64,000 nucleotides of DNA from an uncultured delta proteobacterium (GTDB taxonomy: Bacteria; Desulfobacterota; Binatia; UBA9968): assembly GCA_963804165.1 (NCBI GenBank), contig CAWDPO010000041.1, positions 1 through 64,000 on the forward strand, in the 5' to 3' direction. Below are positions 22,484 through 34,053 of the stretch, piece by piece (position 1 is the stretch's first letter; the number at the start of each line of letters is the position of its first letter). Under the pieces are notes generated by a model, which searched no databases, was not told the origin of the DNA, and saw only the letters and a program-made list of their open reading frames with translations. The position numbers were made by a program, and so were the translations under genes.

Positions 22484-23762
22484 CTCGTATCATGGTTTCC
22501 ATAAGTAACTGAGTGCCGAGCGCAATGTCGTCAGGATGTGTCCACTCGAGCGGATTATGGCTGATGCCGCGCTGGCTCGGTATGAAAATCATTCCCGCCG
22601 GAGTAATCTTCGCCATCTGCATGGCGTCGTGTCCCGCGCCTGACGGCATAATTTCGTAGTCGATTCTCTTGTCATCGCAGAGCGTACGAGTTACGCGCAA
22701 CAACCGCCTGTCCAGCGGCACCGGATTCTCTGCGCGGATGTTCAGAACTTCAACGACAATGTCGCGCTTGAGCGCGATCTGTTCAGCGCGCTCCTTAACC
22801 AGCTTTGCAACCTTGTCTTTCGCGTGAGCGGACGTGCTGCGGATATCGATCGAAAGCTCGGTTCTTCCCGGCACGGCATTGATCACGCCAGGTTCGATCT
22901 TCATTGCGCCGACCGTGCCAACGACTCGGCCTTTCGCCATAGAGGAAAATTTCCGGCAAACAGTTTCCACATATTCGATCAGCTGCGCCGACGCGACGAG
23001 GGCGTCTTTGCGCATGTCCATCGGCGTGGTGCCGGAGTGATCGGCGCGCCCCTTGAAGATCACTTTGAATCGGCTCGGCGCGGCAATTGAAGTCACGAGT
23101 CCAATTTTCTTCGATTTTGCCTCGAGGATCGGACCCTGCTCGATATGAAGTTCCAAGTAAGCCTTTAGGCTTTTCGGCGGGCGCCGCAGTTGATGAAGAT
23201 TTCGCGGTGAGATGCCCAAGCTGGAAAGCACGTCCGCCAGTTTTGTTCCTTGAGGGTCGACGGCATGGGTCAAATCTTTCGGATGCACTTCGCCGGCGAC
23301 GAGGCTACTACCGAGCGTTGAAAATCCAAAGCGACTCGATTCTTCGCCGACGAAGCAGACGACTTCGAGAGGTGAGCGCACGGATATTTTGTTTTCACTT
23401 ATGGTGCGCAGCGCCTCGAGCGCTCCGATCACCCCGACAGGTCCGTCGTATTTGCCGCCGTGAATCACAGTGTCGAGGTGCGAGCCTGCCAAAACTGCGG
23501 GTGCATTCCGATTACTGCCCTGCAACCGGCCAAAGATGTTGCCTATACCGTCGATATGAATGTCCAATCCGGCCTGGCGCATCAGGTGAATCAGCACCTG
23601 ACGACTTCGCAATTCTTTGATCGAGAAAACCAGGCGCGTCACCGCACCGTGGTCGCCGATGCCTATGCGTCCGATGGCGTTTAGATCGCGCATGATCCGC
23701 CGCTTATTGACGGCCGGAGCGATGGGTGGAATAACGCTCGCGGTGGCTGGAAGTGGTTTCAT
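22464..23762 (-). CDS. M20 Zn hydrolase (allantoate amidohydrolase / N-carbamoyl-amino-acid hydrolase family)
   Basis: GSHLDTV..GGKYDG, EESSRF, ELHIEQGP, SGAGHDA, GISHNP. Confidence 0.92.
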   Translation of the reverse strand: MKPLPATASVIPPIAPAVNKRRIMRDLNAIGRIGIGDHGAVTRLVFSIKELRSRQVLIHLMRQAGLDIHIDGIGNIFGRLQGSNRNAPAVLAGSHLDTVIHGGKYDGPVGVIGALEALRTISENKISVRSPLEVVCFVGEESSRFGFSTLGSSLVAGEVHPKDLTHAVDPQGTKLADVLSSLGISPRNLHQLRRPPKSLKAYLELHIEQGPILEAKSKKIGLVTSIAAPSRFKVIFKGRADHSGTTPMDMRKDALVASAQLIEYVETVCRKFSSMAKGRVVGTVGAMKIEPGVINAVPGRTELSIDIRSTSAHAKDKVAKLVKERAEQIALKRDIVVEVLNIRAENPVPLDRRLLRVTRTLCDDKRIDYEIMPSGAGHDAMQMAKITPAGMIFIPSQRGISHNPLEWTHPDDIALGTQLLMETMIRVANENL

Positions 23763-23884
23763 TTGCCGTCATATTACCAGCTTCCATCGCTACTGAGAAT
23801 CTGATTTCACCGGCGGCTTTATTGGAAACGACAGACCGCTGTGTTATGACCTGCCTATTCCGGCCATCTGAAAGGGTTTCTCCC

Positions 23885-24553
23885 ATGAGCGAAGTTTCGC
23901 AAAAAGTTGCCGAGATGCTGCTGTCGACCGAATCGATCGCCGTCTACAAAGACAAACCGTTCGTGTTCGTCTCCGGCCGGATATCGCCGGTTTATATTGA
24001 CTGTCGAAAGCTTTTGTCGTTCGCGACGGAGCGCGACTACATCGTCACTGCGTTGGCCGAAAAAGCCGAGACGGATATCGGTCTGGAAAGTATCGATGTC
24101 GTCGCCGGCGGTGAGACTGCGGGGATTCCGTACGCGTCTTTTGTGTCGCACGTGATTAAGAAACCGATGATCTATATCCGAAAGCAACCCAAAGGTTACG
24201 GCGGGACCAAGCAGATCGAAGGAATCCTGGAGCCAGGCAAGCGTGTGATGCTGGTGGAAGATCTGATCACGGACGGCTTGAGCAAGCTGCGTTTTAATAT
24301 CGGGATCCGCGGCGCGGGTGCCAAAATGACCAGCTGCCTCTGTGTCTTCGATTACGCCTCGGACCGACTGAATCAGCATGAAGGAAAAATCAATCTTGCA
24401 AAGAACGGTATCGAGCTCCACGTGCTCGCCAATTGGGACGATGTCTTGGATACGGGACTAAGCAAGAGTTATTTCAGCGAAGAGTCGAGCAACCAAATCA
24501 TCGACTTCCTCAAGGATCCCGATAACTGGGGCCGCAAAATGGGATTCGTGTAA
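23885..24553 (+). CDS. pyrE: Orotate phosphoribosyltransferase
   Basis: SGRISPVYIDCRKL, AGGETAGIP, YIRKQPKGYG, VEDLITDG. Confidence 0.85.
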   Translation: MSEVSQKVAEMLLSTESIAVYKDKPFVFVSGRISPVYIDCRKLLSFATERDYIVTALAEKAETDIGLESIDVVAGGETAGIPYASFVSHVIKKPMIYIRKQPKGYGGTKQIEGILEPGKRVMLVEDLITDGLSKLRFNIGIRGAGAKMTSCLCVFDYASDRLNQHEGKINLAKNGIELHVLANWDDVLDTGLSKSYFSEESSNQIIDFLKDPDNWGRKMGFV

Positions 24554-24633
24554 GCGGATTGCGAACGGCGTCGAGTCTTGCATTGCATCCGCAGGGTCAA
24601 ACGGTTCAAGACCTTCAAAGTAGGGGATTGGCT

Positions 24634-26033
24634 CACACTTGTCCAAGATAGTTTTCTGAAAAACCCCCGACCGGAGTAAGATAGTGGGAAGCAAATCTCA
24701 CAGGCGGCGTGTCTGCGCCGCACTTACTCACAAGTCGGAGGTAACGCTATGATAGCCGTAGCGAGTTGTTTTTCGCAATTGTTATCTTTAGTGGATCGGG
24801 GCGCGTTTGGACGAGCAGTGAGGGAACATCAAGCGGAGCGAGGAGCCAAAGGGTTTAGTTGCTGGGAGCAGTTTGTGGCGATGCTGTTTTGTCAGATGGG
24901 CGGAGCCAATTCTTTGCGGGAGATCTGTGGGGGTTTAGCGACGGCGATGGGGAAGCTTGCGCACTTGGGTTTGCGCCAAGCCCCGACTCGCTCGACTCTG
25001 GCTTACGCCAATACTCATCGACCTTGGCAGCTTTATCAGACGGTGTTCGAAGATTTGCTCAAGAGCTGCCAAGTGTTGGCCACCACTAAAAGGCGTCGTT
25101 TCCGCTTCAAACATCCCCTGCGAAGCCTGGACGCTTCGGTCATTGAACTGTGCATTGAGGTATTTGACTGGGCGCGGTTTCAACGGACCAAGGGGGCCAT
25201 CAAATTGCATTTGCAGTTAGACCATCAGGGTTGTTTACCTTGTTGGGCACTGGTCACCGACGGGGACACCAACGATGTACGGATTGCTCAGAGGCTCGAT
25301 TTTGCTCCCGGCACGATTGTGGTGGTAGACCGCGGGTATCTCGACTACGCGCTTTATGAACGCTGGACGACAGCCAAAGTGTACTTTGTGACACGCCCTA
25401 GAACCAACATGATCTACAAGGTGCTCGAGCGGCGCACGGTGCCGACGCGAGGGAATGTAAAGCGTGATGAAACGATTCAGTTGATGAGCGAGCATGCGCG
25501 AGAGCGTTGCCCGAGCCGGTTACGCCAAGTGGTGGTATGGGATAGCGAACACAAAAGGGAGTTGGTCTTTCTCACCAATATTTTTCACCTAGCGGCAAGC
25601 ACCATTGGGGCGATCTATAAAAGATCGCTGGCAGATCGAACTGTTTTTCAAGGCGCTCAAACAAAACTTAAAGATTAAGACCTTTGTGGGAACCAGTGAG
25701 AACGCCGTGAACGTGCAGATTTGGACAGCATTGATCGCCATGTTGTTGCTCAAATACTTGCTGCTCAAGTCCAGTTGGACGTGGAGTCTGTCCAATCTGG
25801 CTGCAATGCTGCGATTTAACTTGTTGAGCTACCGTGACTTATGGGCGTGGCTCGATGCACCGTTTGAAATTCCGATCGTGCTTCCCCAGGGCGAACAGTT
25901 GATGCTCTTAGGATAGAAATGTTGGACAGCAGCGCAAGGACAACCTCAATGCCGACCTAAGGTTTGACCTGTCCTAAATGTCTGATTTTACGAGATGAGG
26001 GTCGACCAACTCAGATTATTTTGGACAGCAGTG
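24634..26033 (+). mobile_element. IS4-family insertion sequence with 9-bp target duplication
   Basis: Imperfect IRs CACACTTGTCCAAGATA / TATTTTGGACAGCAGTG; GGATTGGCT at 24625-24633 and 26034-26042. Confidence 0.92.
24749..25916 (+). CDS. IS4-family DDE transposase, frameshifted
   Basis: LDASVI, VVDRGY, Y..RWQIELFFK. Confidence 0.92.
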
Positions 26034-26106
26034 GGATTGGCTACTTTTCAGTGTCTTTGAAAAGTTGCCTGTCCCGCTTCTCCACTAAATTAAATATGAG
26101 CCCGCT

Positions 26107-27580
26107 GTGAAAGTACTGATTCGGAATCCGATCATCGTCACGATGAATGAAAACGACGACGTCATCGAGAAGGGTGCCATCGCCATTGACGGGAATCGGA
26201 TCAATTACGTCGGCCCCATGGAGTGGACACCGGCGGGTCCGTTCGACCGTACGATTGAAGCCGACCGAATGATCGCCATGCCCGGCATGGTCAACGCCCA
26301 TTGCCACTCCCCTGCGAATCTCGTGCGCGGCATGATGCCGAGCAAGCCGTTGGAAATCTGGCGCGCTTATTATCGAGCGTCTTTGCGCGACATGCGAGAG
26401 GAGGATTTCTACGCCAGCGCGATCTTGGGCGGCATGGAGATGCTCAAGAACGGCGCGACTACGGTGCTTGATCATTTTGCCGGTAACCAGGGCTGCCGCT
26501 TCATGGGCGCGGGCGCGGCGATTCAAGCGATGCGCGATCTCGGGCTGCGTCATATCGCCGCTCTGACGATCACCGACAAGAACTACGAAGACACGATCCC
26601 CCTTGGCAACACCGATTCCAGCCTCAACGACGAGATCAAGCGCATGAGCGCGAACGAATCCAAATCGACCCAGGCCTGGCTCGACGAGTGCGAAGCCTTT
26701 ATCGAGACATTTCACGCGCCGGAGAAGCTGACAACGGCGTGTCCCGGCCCATCGGCGGTGCAGCGTTGCAGTGATGAGTTATTGACGAAGTCCGGCGAGA
26801 TCGCGCGGCGGCGGAAGTTGCCGATGCATATTCATCTCGCCGAAACCAAAGCGCAGGCGGTAATAGGGCAACAAATCTACGGGACCTCACTGCTAAAGCA
26901 CTTGGATTCGATCGGTGTATTGGACGCCAATCTTTCTTTGGCGCATTCGATTTGGATCGAAGACGAGGACGTCGAGCTGTTTGCGCGGCGCGGCGCAACG
27001 CCGGTGCATAATCCGGCGAGCAATCTGCGCATCGGCAGCGGACTCGCGCCCGTCAGAAGATTTCTTGCTGCCGGCGCGCATGTCGGGATTGGGGACCGAC
27101 GGCTCGGCGTCGAATGACGGGCAAAACATGTTCGACGCGATGCGTCTAGCGGCGTTGATCCACAATCAAGCGGGCACGGCCTTCACCGATTGGGTAACTC
27201 CGGCGCAAGCGCTCGCTATGGCCACGCGCAACGGCGCCCGCGCGTTCGGTCTCGACGTCGGCGTGCTTGCGCCCGGCAAGCTGGCCGATATTGTCCTGTT
27301 GCGAAGAGATTCGACGGCCTTCACACCACTCAATGACGTGATCGCTCAATTAGTCTTTTGCGAGAACGGCAGCGATGTCGATCGCGTGATCGTCAACGGC
27401 GAGACCGTTGTCGAAGACGGTCGCTTGACGAAGATCGATGAGAAGGAAGTTTTGAAACTTGCAGAGCAGGCGCGACGCCGGCTCGATCCGTCGATACAGC
27501 GCGAACTAGTGGCGGCGAAGACCATGGAGCCGAGTTTGACCGAGATGTATTTTAGAGTGTTCGAGAAGCGGGATAACTAG
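26107..27580 (+). CDS. Amidohydrolase (MTA/SAH deaminase / AtzA-like family), frameshifted
   Basis: PGMVNAHCH, HIHLAET, AHSIW, HNPASNL, LGTDG. Confidence 0.88.
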
Positions 27581-27622
27581 TCTCCTAGATGTCCCGGTTG
27601 CGGCGAACTTCAGTCGAACTTA

Positions 27623-27892
27623 TTAGAAGCGATCCTCGTCCGGCAACGCGCCGCTCCGGGCGAGCATGTCCTCTCGGCAGAGTTCCGGAGTGTCGTAGCC
27701 GCGCACAGCGAGCTCCCACCGAAGTGAGTCAGATGCGTTGGCGTTCGCGATAAGAACAGTCGCTCGGGTGTCGGGTAATTTGCGCGGCTTGCGCGACTTT
27801 CTGATGGCGTTTCGAAGGACTAGCGCGATCAGTACGAAACCGAAGGACAAAGCCACGATCGTTCCGGCCAGTAAAACCAATTCAAGCATCAA
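27623..27892 (-). CDS. Small membrane-anchored hypothetical protein
   Basis: N-terminal hydrophobic helix followed by a basic stretch. Confidence 0.5.
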   Translation of the reverse strand: MMLELVLLAGTIVALSFGFVLIALVLRNAIRKSRKPRKLPDTRATVLIANANASDSLRWELAVRGYDTPELCREDMLARSGALPDEDRF

Positions 27893-28018
27893 AAACTTCC
27901 TGGGTCGCTTACGGAAGTCTATATCGCGGCGATCGAGCGACAGTCAAGTGCGGGTGGAGATTTTCGCGAGTCGACGTTAGATTGCGACCGCTTGCCTCAG
28001 ATGGCATGCGTGGCGTTT

Positions 28019-29424
28019 TCACTCCAGCACGGGTCTTTGTTCATGCCAGTTAGTCGCCTGCTCGTACGAGTATGCGACGCGCATCACCGTGGACTCTTCG
28101 AACGGCTCAGCGACGATTTGCAATCCTACCGGTAGATTTCCCGGAAGAAAGCCGCAAGGAACGGAAATGGCAGGTAAGCCCGTAAGATTAAACGGGTTGG
28201 TGAAACTCGGACGGAGATTTTGCTCGTTGGGATCCATGGTCGCGAATGCTTCGGGCGGGCGCGGCGCGCTGGGCACCGCGAAAACATCGACGTGGGAAAA
28301 GTTGGCGCGGATTTGTTCGTTCAAGACGGCGCGGGCGCGTTGCGCGCCGATATAGTCCGCCGCGCTCAAGAAAGCGCCTTCGAGCATGCGTCTGCGGACC
28401 GAAGTGCCGAACTTCGTCGGCGTCTCCTGGTACGTTTTCTCGTGATAGGCGTAAGCCTCGCAAACAAGAATGGTTTGGTTGGCTTTCCGTGCGAGAGAAA
28501 AAGGCTTGCCGTCGATGTCGCTGACGATGGCGCCGAGGCTTGTCAGCACGTCAAGAGCTTGGTTGAAGACCGCTTCAGTTTTCGTATCGACTCCGAGGTT
28601 TTCGTCAAACCAGCCGGAACGCGGCACCCCGACGCGTAGCCCTTTGATTCCGTCTCTAAGGCCCGATTGAAAATTGGGCACTGCCACATCGGCCGAGGCC
28701 GGATCTTTCGTGTCATATCCTGCGATCGCCTGGAGCAAGATTGCGCAGTCCGCGACGCTGCGCGCCATCGGGCCGGCGTGATCGAGCGACCAACTCAGCG
28801 GCACAACCCCGTAGCGGCTGACCCGGCCGTAGGTCGGTTTGATGCCGACGATGCCGCAATGAGACGAGGGCGTGCGAATCGATCCTCCCGTATCCGAACC
28901 GAGCGCGCCATAGCATAGCCCCGCGGCGAGCGCGGCGCCCGAGCCGCTGCTCGAGCCTCCCGGAATGTGATCGGTATTCCACGGATTTCTGACAGCGGGA
29001 AACGGCGCGTCAATCGACGGTCCGCCGAAGGCGAACTCGTGCATGCCGAGCTTGCCCGAGCAGGATTGCACCGGCTTCCCGCAGTTTCGTGAACGTTGTG
29101 GCGTCGACGTCAGGGACCCAATTCTCCAAGCACAGCCGAGTGGCAAGTCGTGCGGATGCCTCGAGTCATGTAGAGATCTTTGAGCGCGATGGGAATGCCA
29201 TGGAGCGGCCCGCGATCGGTCCCTGACCGCAACTCTTGCTCGGCTTGGTGTGCTTGTTGGCGGGCGAGATCGGCCGTCAATGTGATGAAGCTATGTAGTT
29301 TGCCGTCGATGACTTTGATACGGTTGAGCAAAGCATCGGTGATCTCAATGGGTGAAATTTCTTTGCGGCGCAGCGCTGCCGCGGTTTCCGCGATCGTCAA
29401 ATAGCAAATTTCGTTCGGTTCCAT
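28019..29424 (-). CDS. Amidase-signature (GatA-like) enzyme, frameshifted
   Basis: GPLHGIPIALKD, PGGSSSGSGAA, GSDTGGSIRTP. Confidence 0.92.
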
Positions 29425-29432
29425 GAGCTGCT

Positions 29433-29630
29433 CTATTTTCGCGTCGAGCTTGCCAGGTCAAACGTCGAAGCGGGTTCATTGCCGGCTGCAACCAGCGCGC
29501 GCAGTTCCGCGGCCTGCTTCTTTGACCGATTGACGCCAGGAAGCAGCCTCTGCAACTCGTCTTCGCTCAGTTTCAAGCCGGCGCGCTCGGCCATCTTACG
29601 CAAGGTGTCGAGGGTTATTTCTTGATCCAT
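29433..29630 (-). CDS. Small GatC/AtzG-like amidase partner
   Basis: 65 aa immediately upstream of the amidase; MAERAGLKLSEDEL..EPASTF. Confidence 0.6.
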   Translation of the reverse strand: MDQEITLDTLRKMAERAGLKLSEDELQRLLPGVNRSKKQAAELRALVAAGNEPASTFDLASSTRK

Positions 29631-29647
29631 AGTTTATCCCGCCAACA

Positions 29648-30682
29648 TTAGTTCTTCGGCACCAAGACATCGCGGATCTTGGCGACGTTCTTGGCATCCA
29701 TCTGAAACAATTTTTTGACGAAGCCGTCGACTTCGGCGCCGTTGAGCGCGTTGATCTCGAGTTTTGATTTTTTCATCTCAGCGAGAAATTCCGCATCTTT
29801 CATCGTGGCGTTAAAAGCGTTGCGGAGCAGATCGACGCGGCCTTTCGGCGTGCCCGGAGGCAGAGCATAGGCGCGCAGAATCGCCGAGGGAGCATGGATG
29901 CCGGACTCGATCAGCAAGCGTGCGTCCGGGGTTTTAGCGAAGTCAATGGCGTTGGGCACTTGGGGAATGTCCTCGGCTTTTTTCTGATTCACCTGGACGA
30001 TGGCCTTGACCATTCCCGACTCAAGCCCGCTTGCCCATGTTGTGCGGATCGACGCCCAGGTCCAGCAGCCGCCGTCGACTTCGCCGCCTTCGGCGGCGAC
30101 GCGAATATTCGATGTCCCTTTGAAACCTTCGATCAATTGAATCGGTAAGTTTAGTGCCGCTTTCAACACCCGCGGGATATCGGAATCGTTGGCGCCGGGC
30201 GCCTCGCCTCCGAGTTTGACCGGTTTCTTGGCAGCGAACCAGTCGTCTAGAGAGTTGATCCCGCTGGCTTTGGTCAGCGCGCAAACGCTCTCGTCCTGGA
30301 CCGGCGCGCCGAGCCATTCAAAGCGGCGCCCGTCGAATTCAATGCCTTTGTCGCCCATGATTTGCTGGAGTATGAGCGAGCCGATGAAATTACCGACAAC
30401 TAATCCATCCGGCTGGGCTTTGAACAGGAAATTCGCGGCGACCCGGCTACCGGCACCGGTCATGTTTTCGACGATGATGGACGGGTTGCCCGAGATGTGT
30501 CGGCTCATGTGCCGGGCGATGACGCGCGCGTAGGCGTCAAAGCCGCCGCCAGCCGCGAAGCCGACGACGAAGCGAATCGTCTTGCCCCGATAAAAATCCT
30601 GGTCAGCCGCCGCAGCATGGACGGTATGAGGTGCGGCCACCAGAAACAATGAAATCAATAGGCCCATCATCTTTGTAATCAT
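29648..30682 (-). CDS. Tripartite tricarboxylate transporter (Bug/TctC) substrate-binding protein
   Basis: FYRGKTIRFVVGFAAGGGFDAYAR, VENMTGAG, PDG. Confidence 0.9.
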   Translation of the reverse strand: MITKMMGLLISLFLVAAPHTVHAAAADQDFYRGKTIRFVVGFAAGGGFDAYARVIARHMSRHISGNPSIIVENMTGAGSRVAANFLFKAQPDGLVVGNFIGSLILQQIMGDKGIEFDGRRFEWLGAPVQDESVCALTKASGINSLDDWFAAKKPVKLGGEAPGANDSDIPRVLKAALNLPIQLIEGFKGTSNIRVAAEGGEVDGGCWTWASIRTTWASGLESGMVKAIVQVNQKKAEDIPQVPNAIDFAKTPDARLLIESGIHAPSAILRAYALPPGTPKGRVDLLRNAFNATMKDAEFLAEMKKSKLEINALNGAEVDGFVKKLFQMDAKNVAKIRDVLVPKN

Positions 30683-30899
30683 GCAGACCTTCTTACTGGA
30701 TTTTCCCTGGTGAAGGCAAGTTATATTGCTCGGTGACGATGACTAGTCACGTCAACTGGACTGGCAAGAAAATCGGCGAAAGTTTCGCAACGCTATTCGG
30801 GTTCAAAACCGCGTGGAAGCTTGAGGCCACCGTGCATACATTCACTGACGCGCAAGCCGTTGCGAATTTGTACCGCTATGCGGAGCGGTGGTTCGTGGG

Positions 30900-31110
30900 G
30901 TCTTACGTGCCCAGCGCAAATTTTCGGTGTGGCCGATCGAGATCGGCGGTTATGGTGATGAAGGCACGCTGGTTGCCATCGATGGCTTGGATGCGGCTTA
31001 GGGCGGCTTCGGTGACTTCGACCGGTGAAAATTCTTTACGACGGAAGCGCGCGGCCACTTCACCCAGCAGTCAAATAAGAAAGTTCGGGCCGATTCCAAG
31101 ACTCAGTACC
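30900..31110 (-). pseudogene. Amidase N-terminal remnant
   Basis: Minus strand gives ELSYLT..EVAARFRRKEFSPVEVTEAALSRIQAID..AFITITADL, resembling the start of the 29424 gene. Confidence 0.6.
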
Positions 31111-31361
31111 TCGAATTTCGGCACGACATGGTGAACATTCCGGCTGGCTCGCGTCACCTAGTTTTAGACCTGTGCCCTCAGACGCGGTACGTATGTTCTC
31201 TGAAGTAAATTTATCTGCCATTAGTTCCCTGCAGAGGTGCATAAAGATGGGCACGCATTGATTTTCCATTCGGTTACGGGCGGCGCGGCTAATCAATGGT
31301 CAATCCGCTGAAGTTAATCGTTGTAACTGTTCGCCTCAGATCCCAAAGTCTTTATGATCAT

Positions 31362-31376
31362 TGGCATAGTTCTCGC
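31362..31376 (+). promoter_or_regulatory. Candidate sigma54 promoter
   Basis: TGGCATAGTTCTCGC (GG-N10-GC), ~65 bp upstream of the next CDS. Confidence 0.5.
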
Positions 31377-31440
31377 TAGCGTCACAGTAGCCTGAATTTC
31401 GTCGATTAATTGGCATTCTAATTACCGATCGGATCAGAGC

Positions 31441-33657
31441 TTGCTAATCGTCTATTCGATAACCTTGTTCATCAACGCCGCCCTTCTGTTCACTATTGAA
31501 CCGATGGTGGCCAAGATGATTCTGCCATTCCTTGGTGGCAGCCCGGCTGTGTGGAACACGAGCTTGGTATTTTATCAGGCCTGTCTCCTGGCAGGATATG
31601 CTTACGCGCACTTCGGGAGTTCTTGGCTCGGTATCCGCCGTCACGCGCTGCTGCATCTCAGTTTGGTAATGGCTGCGTTGCTCCTTTTGCCCATCGTCCT
31701 GCCCGTCGATTGGTTTATGTCACCGTCCAATAATCCGATCAGTCTCGTGCTGGCCGCACTCTCGGTGTCTATTGGGTTTCCATTTTTAGTTCTATCCTCT
31801 GGGGCACCGCTGTTACAACGGTGGTTTGCGCAAAGCGATCACGCCGCCGGCCGCGACCCCTATTTTCTCTACGCGGCGAGTAATGCGGGAAGCATCGCGG
31901 GTCTCCTTGTCTATCCGTTGATCATGGAGCCGAGACTCACGTTAAGACAACAAAACGATCTTTGGTTTTATGGTTATTTGATACTTCTCTTTCTCGTCGC
32001 ATTTTGCGTGCTGTACTTTGTCCGTCCATTTGCAAGATCGAATACCGCGGCAATCGCCGAATCCGTCGATGAACGCCACGCAACGTTGGACTGCGCGGCC
32101 GAAATCTCATTCGGCCGACGTGTGCGCTGGATCTGGTTGTCCTTTGTTCCATCAAGCCTCCTGCTTGGGGTTACGTCTTACATCACGACGGACATTATTT
32201 CAGCGCCGCTCCTTTGGGTCGTGCCTCTCGTGGCATACCTGTTATCGTTCATTATCGCCTTTGGTCGCCCCGCGTGGACGGCAAATTCATTTCTGATTCG
32301 CGGCCAGGCATTTGTGCTGCTCGGCGCAGCGATCACGATCTGGCTATACGCGACAAAACCTGAAGGAGTTATCCTACCTCTTCACCTGATCGCGTTTTTT
32401 ACAACTTCGCTAGTCTGTCACGGTCAACTCGCCAACGACCGACCGAATGCCACACGTTTGACGGATTATTACTTTTGGGTCGCGCTCGGCGGCGCGCTCG
32501 GCGGTGGGTTCAACGCACTCGTCGCGCCGTTTCTATTCAAAGGCGTGATTGAATATCCGCTTGTCATTGTTGCCGCGGCGTTCGCCCGCCCTTACATCGC
32601 CGGAGAACCAGGATCGCAACTGAGCCGCCACTTGGATTGGTTACTTCCTGTGGTCATGGTTTCTCTGGTCTTATTGATCACGCGCGCGTTGAAACATACG
32701 CAGATTTTACCGCCGGGCAACGATCGACTACTGATTGCTGGAGTAGCCGCAACGATCTGTTTTATTTTCGCTTACCGGCCCGTGCGATTTGGTTTGGGTA
32801 TGTCGGCGATCATGCTTGCAATGCTTTGGTATCCGAGTCCATTGGGTCAGAGCTTGTATGTCGACCGGAGTTTTTTCGGTTCTTATCGAGCAACGTTGGA
32901 TACTCCCGGCAAGAAACATCTCCTATTTCACGGAACGACCATTCACGGAGCGCAAAGCGTGAATCCACAAATGCGACTTCAGCCGCTTACGTATTATTAT
33001 CGTACAGGGCCGGCGGGACAAATCCTCGACTACCTTTCCAGGGCCCGAGTCGATGGCAACGTCGCGGTCGTCGGTCTAGGAACCGGCGCGCTTGCTTGTC
33101 ACGGGACTTCAAGTCAGAAGTTTACTTTTCTTGAGATCGATCCCGTCGTCGAAAAAATTGCACGTAATGCAAGACTTTTTACCTATCTTCGTGATTGCCC
33201 GCCGAAGATCGAAGTCGTGATCGGCGATGCGAGAATTTCCTTGTCTAGGTTGCCGAACCATGAGTTCGACCTTTTCGTTCTCGACGCATTTAGTTCCGAT
33301 GTGATTCCGGTCCACTTGTTGACGCGAGAAGCGCTTGAACTCTATCTCTCGAAAACCGCCTATGACGGCATCTTGTTGTTTCATATTTCAAATCGTTACT
33401 TGGACCTGGCGCCGGTGCTCGACAGGCTTGCCAATAGCCTGCGAACGGTCGGTTTGATTCAGAACGATTTCGACATTACTCGCGAGGAAAGTAGTGAAGG
33501 CAAGTCCGCTTCGCGTTGGGTGATGATGGCACGTAGCGAGAGAGTTTTAGGACAATTCCTCCCCGATAAGCGCTGGCGCCGTCTGGAGGGACGACTAGGC
33601 GGAGAATTGTGGACGGACGAATTCTCGGATGTTCTGAGAGTCATTAGCTGGAAGTAG
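31441..33657 (+). CDS. Membrane-fused spermidine-synthase-like SAM-fold protein
   Basis: Many TM helices; HGTTIHGAQ, VVGLGTG, EIDP, GDAR, LDAFSSD. Confidence 0.88.
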   Translation: MLIVYSITLFINAALLFTIEPMVAKMILPFLGGSPAVWNTSLVFYQACLLAGYAYAHFGSSWLGIRRHALLHLSLVMAALLLLPIVLPVDWFMSPSNNPISLVLAALSVSIGFPFLVLSSGAPLLQRWFAQSDHAAGRDPYFLYAASNAGSIAGLLVYPLIMEPRLTLRQQNDLWFYGYLILLFLVAFCVLYFVRPFARSNTAAIAESVDERHATLDCAAEISFGRRVRWIWLSFVPSSLLLGVTSYITTDIISAPLLWVVPLVAYLLSFIIAFGRPAWTANSFLIRGQAFVLLGAAITIWLYATKPEGVILPLHLIAFFTTSLVCHGQLANDRPNATRLTDYYFWVALGGALGGGFNALVAPFLFKGVIEYPLVIVAAAFARPYIAGEPGSQLSRHLDWLLPVVMVSLVLLITRALKHTQILPPGNDRLLIAGVAATICFIFAYRPVRFGLGMSAIMLAMLWYPSPLGQSLYVDRSFFGSYRATLDTPGKKHLLFHGTTIHGAQSVNPQMRLQPLTYYYRTGPAGQILDYLSRARVDGNVAVVGLGTGALACHGTSSQKFTFLEIDPVVEKIARNARLFTYLRDCPPKIEVVIGDARISLSRLPNHEFDLFVLDAFSSDVIPVHLLTREALELYLSKTAYDGILLFHISNRYLDLAPVLDRLANSLRTVGLIQNDFDITREESSEGKSASRWVMMARSERVLGQFLPDKRWRRLEGRLGGELWTDEFSDVLRVISWK

Positions 33658-34053
33658 CCTTCCTAAAAGCGTTTCCGATAGGTGCACGAAAGGCCGTTGG
33701 CGTCGGCGTTGCGATGCTTCAATAAGATCCGCGCGTCGCCCGGAGAGTAGACGCCGATTAAATCAGATCGAGAAACTGCCGTACCGATAATCTGTGCGAT
33801 CCTGTAATCGGTGGGCAGTCGGCGTAACTCAGCCCCGACCACGTCTCGCAACGAGCAATCTTAGACTCCGCCTGACTGATTTCACTGGCCCTCGGACGCC
33901 AAAGCGATGGCGGATTGGTGCTGTGATGGCACTCTTGGCCGTACCCGTACCGAGTTTCCCGTGGCGGGCATGGATAAGTTTCGTTGAAGCTCACCGGCCG
34001 TCTCTTTAGAGAAGCCGGAATACGACAAGTGAGTTCGGATAGCCAAAGGAGAT

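Noticed and set aside
28019-29630. gatCA of the Glu-tRNA amidotransferase
   Set aside because: There is no gatB, the context is a TTT binding protein, and glnS is present; a catabolic amidase fits better.
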